A stretch of DNA of 64,000 bases, from contig CM060732.1 in the NCBI GenBank assembly GCA_030704615.1, positions 42,222,001 through 42,286,000 on the forward strand. The letters are read 5' to 3'. The translations under genes were made by a program, and so were the position numbers. The notes under the pieces are model-generated. The model saw only the letters and a list, made by a program, of their open reading frames with translations. It did not search any database and had not been told where the DNA came from. This document shows, piece by piece, positions 46,601 through 58,431 of this stretch. Every line of letters starts with the position of its first letter. Position 1 is the stretch's first letter. The stretch is from Takakia lepidozioides (Eukaryota; Plantae; Bryophyta).

Positions 46601-49600
46601 CCACTGCACCTTTAGTAGTCTTCAGCACTTGTACTTGCTGACCGTTTTTAGGCTTGTACAAACGTTGAAGGGCCAACCAGAATTTCTTGTCATTACCACC
46701 ATGGTGGTTTGAGTTTATTTCACTGTATAACTTATCCCAGTATAATTTCTTCTGAGACCTAACAAGCTGATTGATATCTTTACGGAGCTGGTAGTACCAC
46801 ACCCACAATTCTCTGTTGGTTTTCAAATTGCAGCACTCATTATAGAGGGCTCGTCTCTCAGCTATCTTGAGTTTGATCTCATTGGTCCACCAATTAACAG
46901 CTCTACCGCAGACAATTAGTTTCCTCCCAATGATCTTGTCAGCCACGGAGGAAACGAAACTCTCCCAAGAGTCCACTGCTCTTTCGACTTCATTTCTTGC
47001 GTTGTCAGAGCGAGACTGAAGTTCTTGGAGCGATTGGACAAAGTGAGGGAGAGCCTCTTGCAAGGCCTGGACGTACTCAGCCTTGACCTCCTCATTATGG
47101 AATTTTTCTATTCTCACGAGTCCACTGCACTTGGTCACCTCTTGTCCTGTTATTCAAGGTCAAACGCTGAAGCTCTTCCAGACAGTTAATTAACCGTCTG
47201 CCATTAGAATTCAGCTCATCCTCACCAAAAGGCCCAATGATATCGTCCTGATGGAGCCCTTTGCCCACCCGGGCATTGAAGTCACCCAATAGCACTACCT
47301 GACCTTTGGCAAGGAACGAAGCACAGTCCAGCTTTACATCTTCGAAGGCTTTGTCTGCGTCAGCACTAAGGGTCCCCTCTGTGGGCATGTAAACACAACC
47401 CACAAAGAGGTCCTTCATACTCATGCCGCCCTTCAGATTCAGTTTTAGCCAGATACTATGCTCGTACCTCAAACCCTTGTTGATAATTTCACAATTATCA
47501 AACAAGAAATCACGGACAAAGAATCCAACCCCTTTTTGACCGCGTTTGGCAGAGGCTGCCTTGAGAGTACACATCCTACCTGCCCATTTATAACCATTGA
47601 TATCTCCAACCAGTTTATCCGACGTTTCCCATGTTTCTTGCCCAGCACAGATATGAATATCATTAGTCCGAAGGACTTGTCCCACTTCGAGTTGTTCCCT
47701 TGGTTAGTAAGCCCTGAGAAGTTGAAAGTGGCCAGCCGCAAGCCAGCCCTCTGCATGTGAATTGTTTGTCGTCTAGGTAGCTTGTGATTGCTCCTGGACG
47801 GCCAACCGTTCTGCAAAGGGGGGACAGTTACCCCATGTGTAGGTTTTGCTCGTCTTGTGTAAACTTTGAGAATTGGTAAACCATTCAGGGTACCAAATCC
47901 TTCAGTTACACGACGCACAGGCTCCGCACACTTAGGGGTATATTGTCCGTCAGACTGCTTGGGGACAATTACCCCGTGTGTAGATTTTGCTCGTCTTGTG
48001 TAGACTTTGAGGATTGGTAAACCATTTAGAGTACCAAATCCTTCAGTTACACGACGTTCAGGCTCTGCACACTTAGGGACAGATTGTCCATCTGACGGCT
48101 TGGGGACAATTACCCCGTGTATAGAATTTGTTCGTCTTGTGTAAACCTTGAGGATTGGTAAACCATTCAGAGTACCAAATCCTTCAGATTCAGGACGTTC
48201 AGGTTCTGTACACTTAGGGGCATCTTGTCCTTCTGGCTGTTTGGATTCAACCTCATTCAGAGCATCAAACCGATTAGAAACTCTCAAGTTGAAGTCCTTG
48301 CCCTTGGTTGTCTTCCTAGAGCGCCCCATTGAATCACCAATGTCTAAGACCGCTCTCCAGCCAGTCAAGGGGCGAACTTCTTTGAGATTGAATTGATGTG
48401 GGACTCTATTAGAAGCACTTTTGGCCATTGCAACCTTCAATGTACCCCTGTTATCAAGTCTCGAGACATTAGCCATGAAATCCAAGCCTAAACTAGAGCA
48501 TGTAGTTTTAAAGGACACATCGTCCATCCTGGGATTCACCCCAAAAACTACACATGAAGCCCTAGATTTGGCATAAGTAACCAATTCCCAGGAATCACCC
48601 TGGGGAGTGTTGATGTTGATAGGAGCTAAAATTTTGATTGATCGCGCAGGCTATAAGTTTAAGCACAGGAACCAACCCGAGCCCAAGTGCCGAGTATGCT
48701 ATACAGAGCATACGACTGCCCAATTTGGGCGGAGGGGCTGCCCCCAAGCGGTAGGGGTCCGCTTGTTACCATTCAGAGATCACACTCCAGGGAGTTGCAG
48801 GGAATGGCCCGTGTAGGCATATTCTAAAGAGGGAAAGGCCCCAAGCTTTCCAACTAAATCCAATGCACTACCTTACCTGGAGCAAAGCGCTTCAGGTTGA
48901 AACAAACAAGGACACGAGGTCACAAGGCCGGCATTTAGTCACAGAGACATTAATGTACTCCCGTATCAAGTCCACCCAATGGCAATAGGCTTCCTAGAGG
49001 ACAGGGAGAAGAGAGATAGAGAGAGAGAGAGAGTCTGTTCACCTGTTTTCTTTCGAATCCGGTAGGATGGGAAGGAAAGCGCCTGGCACTCTGAGCGCAG
49101 CCCATAGACAAAGCAGCAGACTGATTGCCACCTCAATAAGAACCTGTCACAGCAACAAACAGATCCCTGCCACAGTTACTTTCTGCACAGAAGCCGAGAA
49201 ATCTCAAGAAATCCCTCATTTGATTTACATCAGTCATGACGTAAGAGCACTATCAATAAGCCTTTTCCAAACCTGTTGTCCATCACGATTATCCACAACT
49301 TGCAACATATCTGCACATTTGTTAGAGAGGTCTGGATGCATGCTCTTGATTCTGTGGTTGCTGGGATCTGCAGATATTAAGTCATATAGGAATGGAACTG
49401 CATAAGGCATATGCAGCACATTTTCTCTCTGTCTTATTTGGGCAAATCACACACAGCAGATTGATGTTTGTGTGAAGGGATTTCTAGAGGATATCTGGAA
49501 AACTCGAATGAATTGTCTGTTTCAAGGTAAGTCATACTACTGGCGTCAGCCCCTGACAAAGGTAGTTTCTTTCCCTTTGTGTTCCGCTCAAACTGGGCAC

Positions 49601-50836
49601 GGGGTCAATGGCCACAAGGCTACGGCAAACGGCTTATGAGTACATTCTCTCTCTTAAAGCCAATTCGCTCCAGGAGGGTAGTTTCCACAGGGTCAATGGC
49701 TGTAAGGCTATGGCAAGCCAACGGTTGCAGGAATGGCATGAGTACGTTATGGGATGTAACTGCTGTTCAGACCAAATACGGCACATTGATGCTTGTGTGA
49801 AGGGCTTTCTAGAGGAAAGCCCCAATGAATTGTTCATATCACAGTAAGTCCCACCACCAGAGTGAGCCCATCCCAAAGGTTCGTTTTTGTTCTGCCCAAA
49901 TCAAATGGGTACTATCGGTCAAGGTTCAATGAGAAATCCATGGCCCAAATCAAGGTGCCGTCCCAAGGGGTGTTGCACAGGGCAAGGTCAATGATCCTCA
50001 CAGGTTAAGCTGCTCTACCTTAGGGTAGCTTCAACTTGAATCAAAATTGTACTGAGTACATCATCCCACTATCTGTCTCTCCTATCTTTCTTGCTCTCTG
50101 TAATCCTACTGAGTATATAATCCTTCTCTCTCTTTATCTCTAGAAGTACTCACTACCTTCACCTTTGAAATGGACATTCAACCACACGTTGACTGTCACA
50201 ATAACAACCTGGCAGATAGAAACCCTAAACCTAAACCTCATAAGAATGGTTCCCCAGACTGCTTTTCAACTCGAGGTACTTAAGACTGATGAAGAAGGAA
50301 GGAATGTTGAGACTGACCTGCACGGTAGGTCCGACGAATTCCTCTTCTTTGATCTTCAAGTTCCCCCTATCTGAAATACAGCCCCCAACAATATCCAGTC
50401 TTCGTCTTTTCAGAACCTGCTTTGGTACTTACACTGGTTGTGAATCCATCCAGCGGAAAAATGCAGGATCAGGATCCTGATTCATGGGTCAGGGTCTGCT
50501 GATCACCAAATCAGGAATAAAAGCACCCATGTTGGTAGGCCTTGTCACAGTTCCCAATGAGAAAACCTACCGCTTCCATCATTGCGCTCAGGTGAAAACC
50601 AGACTCAGAAGGTGATGTTCATTCTGAAAACCCACAACGAAACGGTCTTGGGACTCCAACAAGAGACATGGGTGGTCACGAAACTTCCCACACACAGAAT
50701 TCCTTCACCATCCTGGTCTCCATATAAAACACAAATACTAGGGGAGGAAGGACTTACAGATAATGGTCGAGTACGCAGCATGCGTCAGCACCAATGCGCC
50801 CACAATACCCACGACGAAATCTGTCCCCATCGTCAT
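43671..50836 (-). CDS. EMC5: ER membrane complex subunit 5 / membrane magnesium transporter
   Basis: Four exons (50836-50758, 50370-50318, 49143-49043, 43767-43671) give MTMGTDFVVGIVGALVLTHAAYSTIIYRGNLKIKEEEFVGPTVQVLIEVAISLLLCLWAALRVPGAFLPILPDSKENRVAALPANLDFMTFNHRGKLFSPELEAKFLSN*, with the HAAYS and FNHRG motifs. Not present in the ORF track. Confidence 0.92.
44101..44950 (-). mobile_element. Older, diverged 5'-truncated LINE copy in EMC5 intron 3
   Basis: Frameshifted homology to the LINE C-terminus ([32 protein letters not shown]). Confidence 0.85.
44975..49010 (-). mobile_element. Near full-length APE-type LINE (N-terminal repeat region, EN, partial RT, CCHC-like end) in EMC5 intron 3
   Basis: ORFs 48584-47469, 47685-47095, 47138-46359, 46383-45925 (LMFADDF) and 46175-44982; (TC)n at both flanks. 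The 5' boundary is approximate. Confidence 0.92.
47830..48230 (-). repeat. Three tandem 120-bp (40-aa) coding repeats in the LINE N-terminal region
   Basis: PKC.EP.R...EGFGTLNGLPILKVYTRR....HGV repeated three times. Confidence 0.9.
49435..49646 (+). mobile_element. Short 3' LINE copy in EMC5 intron 2, with further fragments to ~49860
   Basis: TGGGCAAATCACACACAGCAGATTGATG...ATGAGTACATT, with TTCTCTCT on both sides. Confidence 0.88.
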
Positions 50837-51160
50837 CTCTCTGTCTAGGCTCTCTCTTGTCCCCCGTGACAAAATTCCTTCACTGCAAGCTAAAGCCTCC
50901 ACCAAACTGTGCCTAGTGCAACAAACGAATCTCTTGTCCTAGAGTTAGGCTCTTTGAGAACACGATAGCTGTTCTCGTATCAGCTCCCATGTTATATATC
51001 CGCTAAATATACATTAGTTTTAGGGCGTGCAGCAAGACACACTCTTTGGAGAACGTGTTTTCGGGACCCAAAAACTGCTGGAGAACACCAAGGGGGAGTC
51101 TGGAGGCTGGAGGGAGACACAGAGAAGAGAAGAGAAGAGAAGGGGAGGGGGGGAGAGCAA
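50837..51160. promoter_or_regulatory. Very short divergent promoter between EMC5 and AsnRS
   Basis: Start codons are 325 bp apart head-to-head; TATATAT at ~50994 and GA-rich leaders. Confidence 0.6.
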
Positions 51161-54100
51161 ATGGGTCAGACAGAGCCTGGCTCCCTCATTACTGGGGTCT
51201 CAGAGATGTCGGTGTCTGCAGGGGATTCTGAGAATGGAAGGGAGATTGTGGCAAAGGGCACGTATAGTCGGAAGGTGCCCATCAAGGCAATTCTGGGAAG
51301 GCCGGATGGTGGGATAGAGCTCATTGGGCAGCGCGTCACTGTGGGCGGGTGGGTGAAGACTGGACGGGTTGTGGGAAAAAGCACGTCAGCTTTTCTCGAG
51401 GTCAATGACGGCTCCTGCACTGCAAACCTCCAGGTGCGCCCCCTCCCTTTGACATGTTATACTCTTTTCTCTCCGTACTGTGACTGACAGTGCAACGACG
51501 GGGTGGTGAGGTTAAGGTAGCATGCACAGTGATGAATCGACATCATGCTCTTCAGAACGATGTAGATGCCATCCTTTGAGTCGATACTCAATCCCCTGTA
51601 ATCGGACTATTGGGGGGTTGTCGGAAGCTGTATGGCAGCTGCGGGTTCAGTTTCTGGATTTTTGTGGGTTTTAGACCGCATGGTTAGCTCCGATAGGGCT
51701 GACATTCCTTGCGGGTATGCCTTCACGTTCGTCATAACCCGGTGCGTGTGTACAATGCGGATGCTCCCTTTGGGAAGCTTAATTCCACAATCCGTGCATC
51801 AAATTAATGCAAATCTTTGGTGACAGCAAGACTTACTTTGGTATTGATTTCCAAAATGCTGGCAGGTGTTGGTGGATGCAACTGTTGCTGCGAAACATCA
51901 GCTCGCCCAGACAGGTACATGTGTGCTGGTGGAAGGGGAGTTGAAGGAGCCACCTGGGGACAAGAAGCAAAAAGTGGAATTGTTGGTAGAGAACATTTTA
52001 CATGTGGGGCCTGTTGATCCGGCCACATACCCCATAGCCAAGACTCGGTTGCCTCTGGAGTTTTTGCGAAACCATATGCACCTGCGGGCTCGCACCAACA
52101 CAGTATGTTGAATTCTGCATTTCTCCTACCTTTTTAATTACTCATTTGTCCTTATTCACCTTGCCGACCAAGGGGTTAAAGTATAGCACTTCAGTTGTGA
52201 TAGCACAAGGATGATAGACTAGTATTGCATTGATAAGTGATCTTTCAGGAGTGACCTTCTCTGTAAAGGATGCAACAGGGCATCTTTTTAGGAATGACTT
52301 TTACTTGCACACCTGTCCAAATAACTCTATTGAAGACGATAGGTTAGCAGACTTCTTCAGCTGCAGTTTTCTAATGTCATTGTAACTCACCTTTATGTAC
52401 TCTTGCAAGCAAAATGTCCGTCTCTGCACATCTAAGTTCAAACTCTGTTGTCCATAGCCTTTCCCTCCTCATACACACCTCTTGAGTCTTGTAGCAGAAT
52501 AGAAGAGACAAGAAAAGCGATTCACATTGTAAGCAAGATGGATTATTTCAGCTAAGAAATAGAAAGAGGATTGGCCAATTCTGGTTGTTTTGTGGTTGTT
52601 CAGATTTCTGCTGTTGCCCGGATCCGGCACGCATTGGCCTTTGCAACACATACTTTTTTCCACAAACAGGGGTTTCTGTGGGTGCACACGCCTATCATCA
52701 CAACGAGTGACTGTGAAGGGGCAGGTGAGATGTTTCAAGTTACAACTCTTCTCAGTGAAGCTGAGAGAAGAGATCGGGAATGTGCAGTGAACCCCCGTCC
52801 ATCTGTGGCTGAGCTTGAAATGGCAAAGGCAGCTGTGGTTGAGAAGGGGGGTATGGTGAAAGATTTGAAGATGCAGAAAAAGAGCAAGTCTGAGATGGTT
52901 CCAGCATTGGAGGTATTGTTCTATGCCACAGGCCACTCATCAATATATGAGTACGATGTAATTGTTAGGTTTCAAATATTTGAACATTGGAAGTCTTCGT
53001 CTCTTGATGCCGCTATAGACATAACGATTTTGCCTTCTCAACCCTTCCATAAACACAACTTCACAAGTTTGTGCTGAAATACATTAGTCACAATCTACTT
53101 GTTAGATGTCAAGTAATCTAGTTGAAACCTTGGTCTTTGGCCGTAGACATCATGATTGTGGCCTGCTCAACCCTTCCATAAGCACATCTTGATAAACTTA
53201 TACTCACATATCAGCCACTACAGAACATGTCACATAATAATCATAGACGGCAGCAAAGGCTAATGTGATGGGGAGCTTGGCGCTTTTTTATCTCTGAAAT
53301 CCTGAAGTTGGATAAGATATTAATACTCTGGGAGTGTATATCCATTATATGATACCTATGTAGTATGAAGTGAGGAAATCTGGGGGCACAGGAACTTGCA
53401 AGAGCAAAAGAGGCAGTCACGCATTTAGAGGAGCGCTTGAAGCTGAAACCAGGGGTTCCTGTAAAGGAAGGCGGAGGTGTTGATTATGCATCTGATTTTT
53501 TCACCCGACAAGCATTTTTGACAGTATCAGGGCAGCTGCAAGTGGAGACATATGCGTGTGCACTCAGCAACGTCTACACATTTGGGCCAACATTTAGGGC
53601 TGAGAACTCACATACCACACGGCATTTGGCAGAGTTCTGGATGATAGAGCCAGAGATGGCTTTTGCAGACCTTCAGGTGCCCTCTTGCTTTTCTCTCTCT
53701 TTCCCCTAGCCCTCTCTCTTCCTCTCCATCAGCAAAATCTGTGACCTGGCTAGGGTCTAAATTCCAGGAATTTTACTTTCAAACTGATGCTATTGTAAAG
53801 AGCTTCCTCAAAGAGATCTGGAAGGCCACAAGTAATTCCGGACATAAACGTGATGGTCCCCACTCTACAACCTTCTCTTCTCCTTCTGTGGTCTGTTGTG
53901 GAGAGTATTATACAACAAAATACTTCTCTCGCCACAAGTGAGATCAAGATCCGAACGCATATGAGAGTGTCCTGGAAGCCCTGTGTTGAAATAATCGTGC
54001 TATGAGCTGCAGATTTCATGAATGCTGATTAGATATCAAAGATTACAGTGCTGTGTTCAAGGATGTTTGCACATTGTCCTCTGTTCTGTTTTGGCACAGG

Positions 54101-56353
54101 TGAAGTTGGCATTTTAGGCATTAGCAGGCACTCTATAACACTATCTCAATATATGTAGGCTGGCTTATAATGACTTTCAGATAAGTGCTGTCATCTACAC
54201 AGCTTCCATGTGGCACATTGGAAAGCATGGCAGATGAAATAATCTAAGATGGAAGTGAAAGAAGCTTATGTTCCACCAGCCTTTTCCCTTCTCAGTTGTA
54301 CTGTGCTATTTTAATAATGACCCTGGTTGGGTGTTTAATGGGGTGGTTCAGGATGATATGAACTGTGCTGAGGATTACGTGAGGTTCATGTGTCAATGGC
54401 TGCTTGACTACTGCCTGGACGATATGGAGTTCATGGCGAACATGTTTGACAAATCCGCTGTCGCCCGCCTCCAGATGGTAGCATCAACGCCATTCGAGCG
54501 GATTACATATACAGAGGCCATTGACATCCTAGAGAAGGTAAGATAAAAAGACATGAGAGAGTGATGGATGGATCCTGCATCAGATTTTCCATCAGTGGTT
54601 TTACGAGTATATTGGTTTCTGTGCTTTGGTGCAGGTAACTGACAGGAAGTTCGAGAACAACGTGGAATGGGGAATTGACTTGGCCTCTGAGCATGAAAGG
54701 TAGGGTTGAAAGGTCCTTTCATGTCATTGGCACTTGGACGACAGCCACTTCTCCAACAATACACCCAGCCTCCCTGCAAGTAAATTGCTGTAGCACTCCT
54801 AGTAGGTATTGTAATATCAAAACACGAGGCTGTATTTGTAATGTCTTTCATTACACAGATGCCGCATCCTTGGGACAATAGACTTTGCAGGATTCAGCCC
54901 CTCTTAGGGGAATGCCGAAATGAGTTTGGAATCTTAAGCACAGCCAACAACATCCCTTTTGTAAGATAGAGCTTTACTCTGACTGGTCACAAGCAGAAAT
55001 GTGACATAAAGAGGTGGCTGGAGGTACACAAGAACCGTTAGAGTGTTGCACTTTTTCCCAGGAAGCCTTAACATCAATGTGAGATATGACCGTTGTCTTT
55101 TGCAGATATCTGACAGAGGAAGTGTATAAGAAGCCAGTCATTGTGTACAACTATCCCAAAGACTTTAAAGCTTTCTACATGCGCCTCAATGATGATGGAA
55201 AGACTGTGGCGGCAATGGACGTGCTGGTTCCCAAGGTCTATATTTCTCCTCTCTCCATTGTTGGGCTGACTTCGCCACTTTGTCCAGGAGGTTTATGGTA
55301 TTTCAGGGGAACTCTGCCCTCATAGCTACTTACGGGGATTTGTTACATCTCTTATGCCTGTTTGCTCTTTTTCACCAACTGGTTCTACTGAGTGCACACA
55401 CTCTGTCTCCTTGATGCTTGTGTAAAGAGTGCACACATCCCTCATCTACAGAGCAGCTTGATGCTGGTAAAGGGATTTCTAGAGGATATCAACTCGGTGG
55501 TGTTCCAAGGTAAGTCACTACCGGCATGAGCCCCTGACAGAGGTAGTTTCTGTCCCTTTGTGTTCCGCTCAAACTGGGCGCGGGGTCAATGGCCACAAGG
55601 CTACGGCAAACAATGTCCCCACAATGTCCCCCCACAAAAAGTGCTGAAGTAGTATCACTAAACGAGTATCCATTTTGATAATGACTTGTTAATGGGATCC
55701 TGTGAACATTTGGGCATGTTTCTGAGTTGAAATGACCCTGCCAGAAATGGAACTCTCAAATCGAATCCTCCTGGGTTTTGCAAATAAGTGTTGAACTTGT
55801 GGAGTTGTGTAGGTCGGTGAGCTGGTGGGTGGAAGCCAGAGAGAAGAGCGCTATGATGTACTTATACAGAGGTACCCCTTTTACCTGTTTGTAATGTCTA
55901 GTTTTGCAACTTGAGTGTGGATAACCTCGTGCAATCTTTGCAGTACTTACTATGTTTGACCACCGAATTCAATCAAACTGGTCTCTGATACAAATGGAAG
56001 TGGAGAGGCTCCTTAGAGTGTGTATGGCAAGTCATGTGTGTACCTTTTGGTACCTTACACCTGTATGCTTATTGATGTGAGAGATTGATTGCCAAGCTCT
56101 TGAGGGTGGGATCCACCGCGAACAGGCCACATGAATTGTTCACATATTGTTGTATCCCCATTTCTGTAGGTTAAAGGAGATGAACCTACCACAAGAGCCC
56201 TACGAATGGTATCTTGATCTACGTCGCCATGGAACAGTGCAGCATGCTGGATTTGGACTTGGGTTTGAGCGCATGGTCCTCTTTGCAACAGGCCTGGAAA
56301 ACATCCGAGATGCCATCCCCTTTCCCAGATACCCTGGCAAGGCAGATCTATGA
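51161..56353 (+). CDS. SYNC1: Asparaginyl-tRNA synthetase, plant cytosolic type with WHEP insertion
   Basis: About 9 exons: [53 protein letters not shown]-like helix pair, [63 protein letters not shown]. Confidence 0.93.
53740..53830 (+). mobile_element. Highly degenerate LINE 3' fragment in an AsnRS intron
   Basis: Translates LLGS...[15 protein letters not shown], similar to the LINE's [14 protein letters not shown]; flanked by TC-rich tracts. Confidence 0.45.
55411..55616 (+). mobile_element. Short 3' LINE copy in an AsnRS intron
   Basis: GGGATTTCTAGAGGATATC...CTGGGCGCGGGGTCAATGGCCACAAGGCTACGGCAAACAA matches the LINE 3' end. Confidence 0.85.
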
Positions 56354-57700
56354 TCTCTTCTGTGGAACATGAGGAAGTGTCCCATTTGCGATTCTTTACA
56401 GAGGAAGCAGCGGCTACTGCCATTGCAACTTCACAAGTAAAAGTCAAGTTGTCATTGAACTGTGACTATTCTTTCAGGAGTAATTATGAGGCCCAGCCAC
56501 AAGGTGCCGAAGCGCGATACAGGAGTTGCATTAAGTTAAGATTACTTTTTTGGTAAACTTTACACTTTGCTACAGAATCTACAAATTGGGATTGTAGGAT
56601 CCACATTACTGTATAGGTGCTTTTGCAAGGCTGAGGATAGTACCAACTGACCCTTACCCCTTAGGACATATTCAAAGATCAATTTTCTTCAGCGGAAACA
56701 CCTGTACTTCGGCATCTCACTGCTAGATTGTCACAATCATTGATACTGACGGTAGCCTCCTTTGCCCATCCCTCTATGTCTTCAGCTGCACCCATGCATG
56801 GTACATTTGAGCACTTGTCTTGACAATTGATGATGGACATGGACCAGTGTTGGGCAGGTATTACTTTTTTTAATACCAGCCCGGTCCTGGTATTGAAATA
56901 TTTTTATAGTCAGAGCAGGTGGTTGGATTCGACATCTGCCCCTACCAACATTGGTTGATAGTGATACCTTGTGCGCATGGTCATTGGTAGGTAGTGACCT
57001 AGTGTTGCAAGTGCCAAATATCAGGGGTCCAATTCTTAACCCTAGTATTACAAAAGTAGATACTAGCTGGGTCGGTTCTTTAACATCTTGGTTGATACCA
57101 GGATTGATAACCAGCCAGACCCTATATACCCTCCCAACACTGATATGGACTTGGAAGAAAACCCACTTCTCTTCCATAAGGGAAGAATATGAGTAATATG
57201 CAAGCACCTTTCGCTGCACCCAAAAATTCTTGCTGCTATTGAAACTAGTCTTGCTGCTTCACCATTTCATTAGCAATTCACCAGTCTTATCTAGACTGCT
57301 TGTCCAGGGGGCAACATACCGAATCACACAAGTGGTGTAAACTTTCAATCCAACACAACCGGGAATTCACTAATCAGGAATGTAGTGATTGGATTCCAGA
57401 ACAACAATGTATGATTAGATGACCGAAACAATCTTTGAATTCACAATTGAAGAGTCATAGATCAGCAATTTTCATGGCCGCTCTTATTAGCACTTCTATT
57501 GTAAAACCTTTGTGAGAAATCAACAAAACAGATATCATGTAAGAAAATAATTGTTGTGATACATTCAGAGACATATTTCAAATATGATATGTGATATGTT
57601 CATATTTGACAAGAAAACAAAAAAAATGTAATGTATTGACTTATGCATGACTTGTTGTTAGCAACATCATATTCATGGACGAGGGTTCTGAGGTTCTGAA

Positions 57701-57780
57701 CAGTGTTGGGCGGTTCTCTGGTTTTGGGTAGAACCTGCAGGGTAGGTTCTATCTTGTGGAAGGGTAAATAGAGAACCTCT
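57701..57780. mobile_element. Solitary end of the same hAT MITE family as 5173-5968
   Basis: CAGTGTTGGGCGGTT is identical to the TIR of the 5173 element, followed by GGTTC/GAACC motifs; partner end not found. Confidence 0.6.
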
Positions 57781-58431
57781 GGGGCCTTAGTTGGTCAAGG
57801 TTGCTCAGCCTTCATGCATTTGCATTGCTACTAACTTAGGCTGCTGAATGACCCCAGGGTATGGAAATCTCAGGCCAAATAGTTGGTACTGTGTGTGAAC
57901 TTGTGTGTATCACATTGATGATTATGCACATCAGCACTTCAGTTTCTTTCAAATTCAATGCCTTGTATTTTGGTGAAGTGATGGAGAACCTCAACTATAA
58001 CCGACTGTGAATGCCCTACAGAAACCGGCAGATGGGATATCTGTTGCAAAACATTTACAACTCATGTCTTAACTTGCCTCACTTCAAGTTCTAAGCCTTA
58101 TCCCACTGTTTCCACTAAGAGAACGATTCCATAACCTGAACTGGAAAGACTCCACAAAACATGATACCCGGCCAACGTTGGTTTAGCCAACGAAAGGAAG
58201 GGACAGATGGGAATACCGACGTCCGTCCCTTCCCCGCCGTGGGACGCCTTGATATTATTTTCTGAACTGTGCCACAAATCCAAAACATACACAGGTCTGA
58301 CCATGATGCCCACTTGAATTGCATTTCATGTGTTTGTTTGTGTGAGGACCCACAAGACACTGGGCGCAGGGTTGGAGTTTCAAGTTGGGCAGGAGAGTGT
58401 GCGTGGTGGAGGGAGGAGCGGAGCTGCCGCG

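Noticed and set aside
47830-48230. CRISPR-like array
   Set aside because: Contiguous 120-bp in-frame coding repeats with no unique spacers and no cas genes; eukaryotic context.
50400-50540. PPR N-terminus-like DPDPAFFRW peptide on the minus strand
   Set aside because: Lies in EMC5 intron 1, is broken by stops and has no following PPR motifs.
56700-57300. Overlapping ORFs downstream of AsnRS
   Set aside because: No recognisable domain or consistent splice structure.
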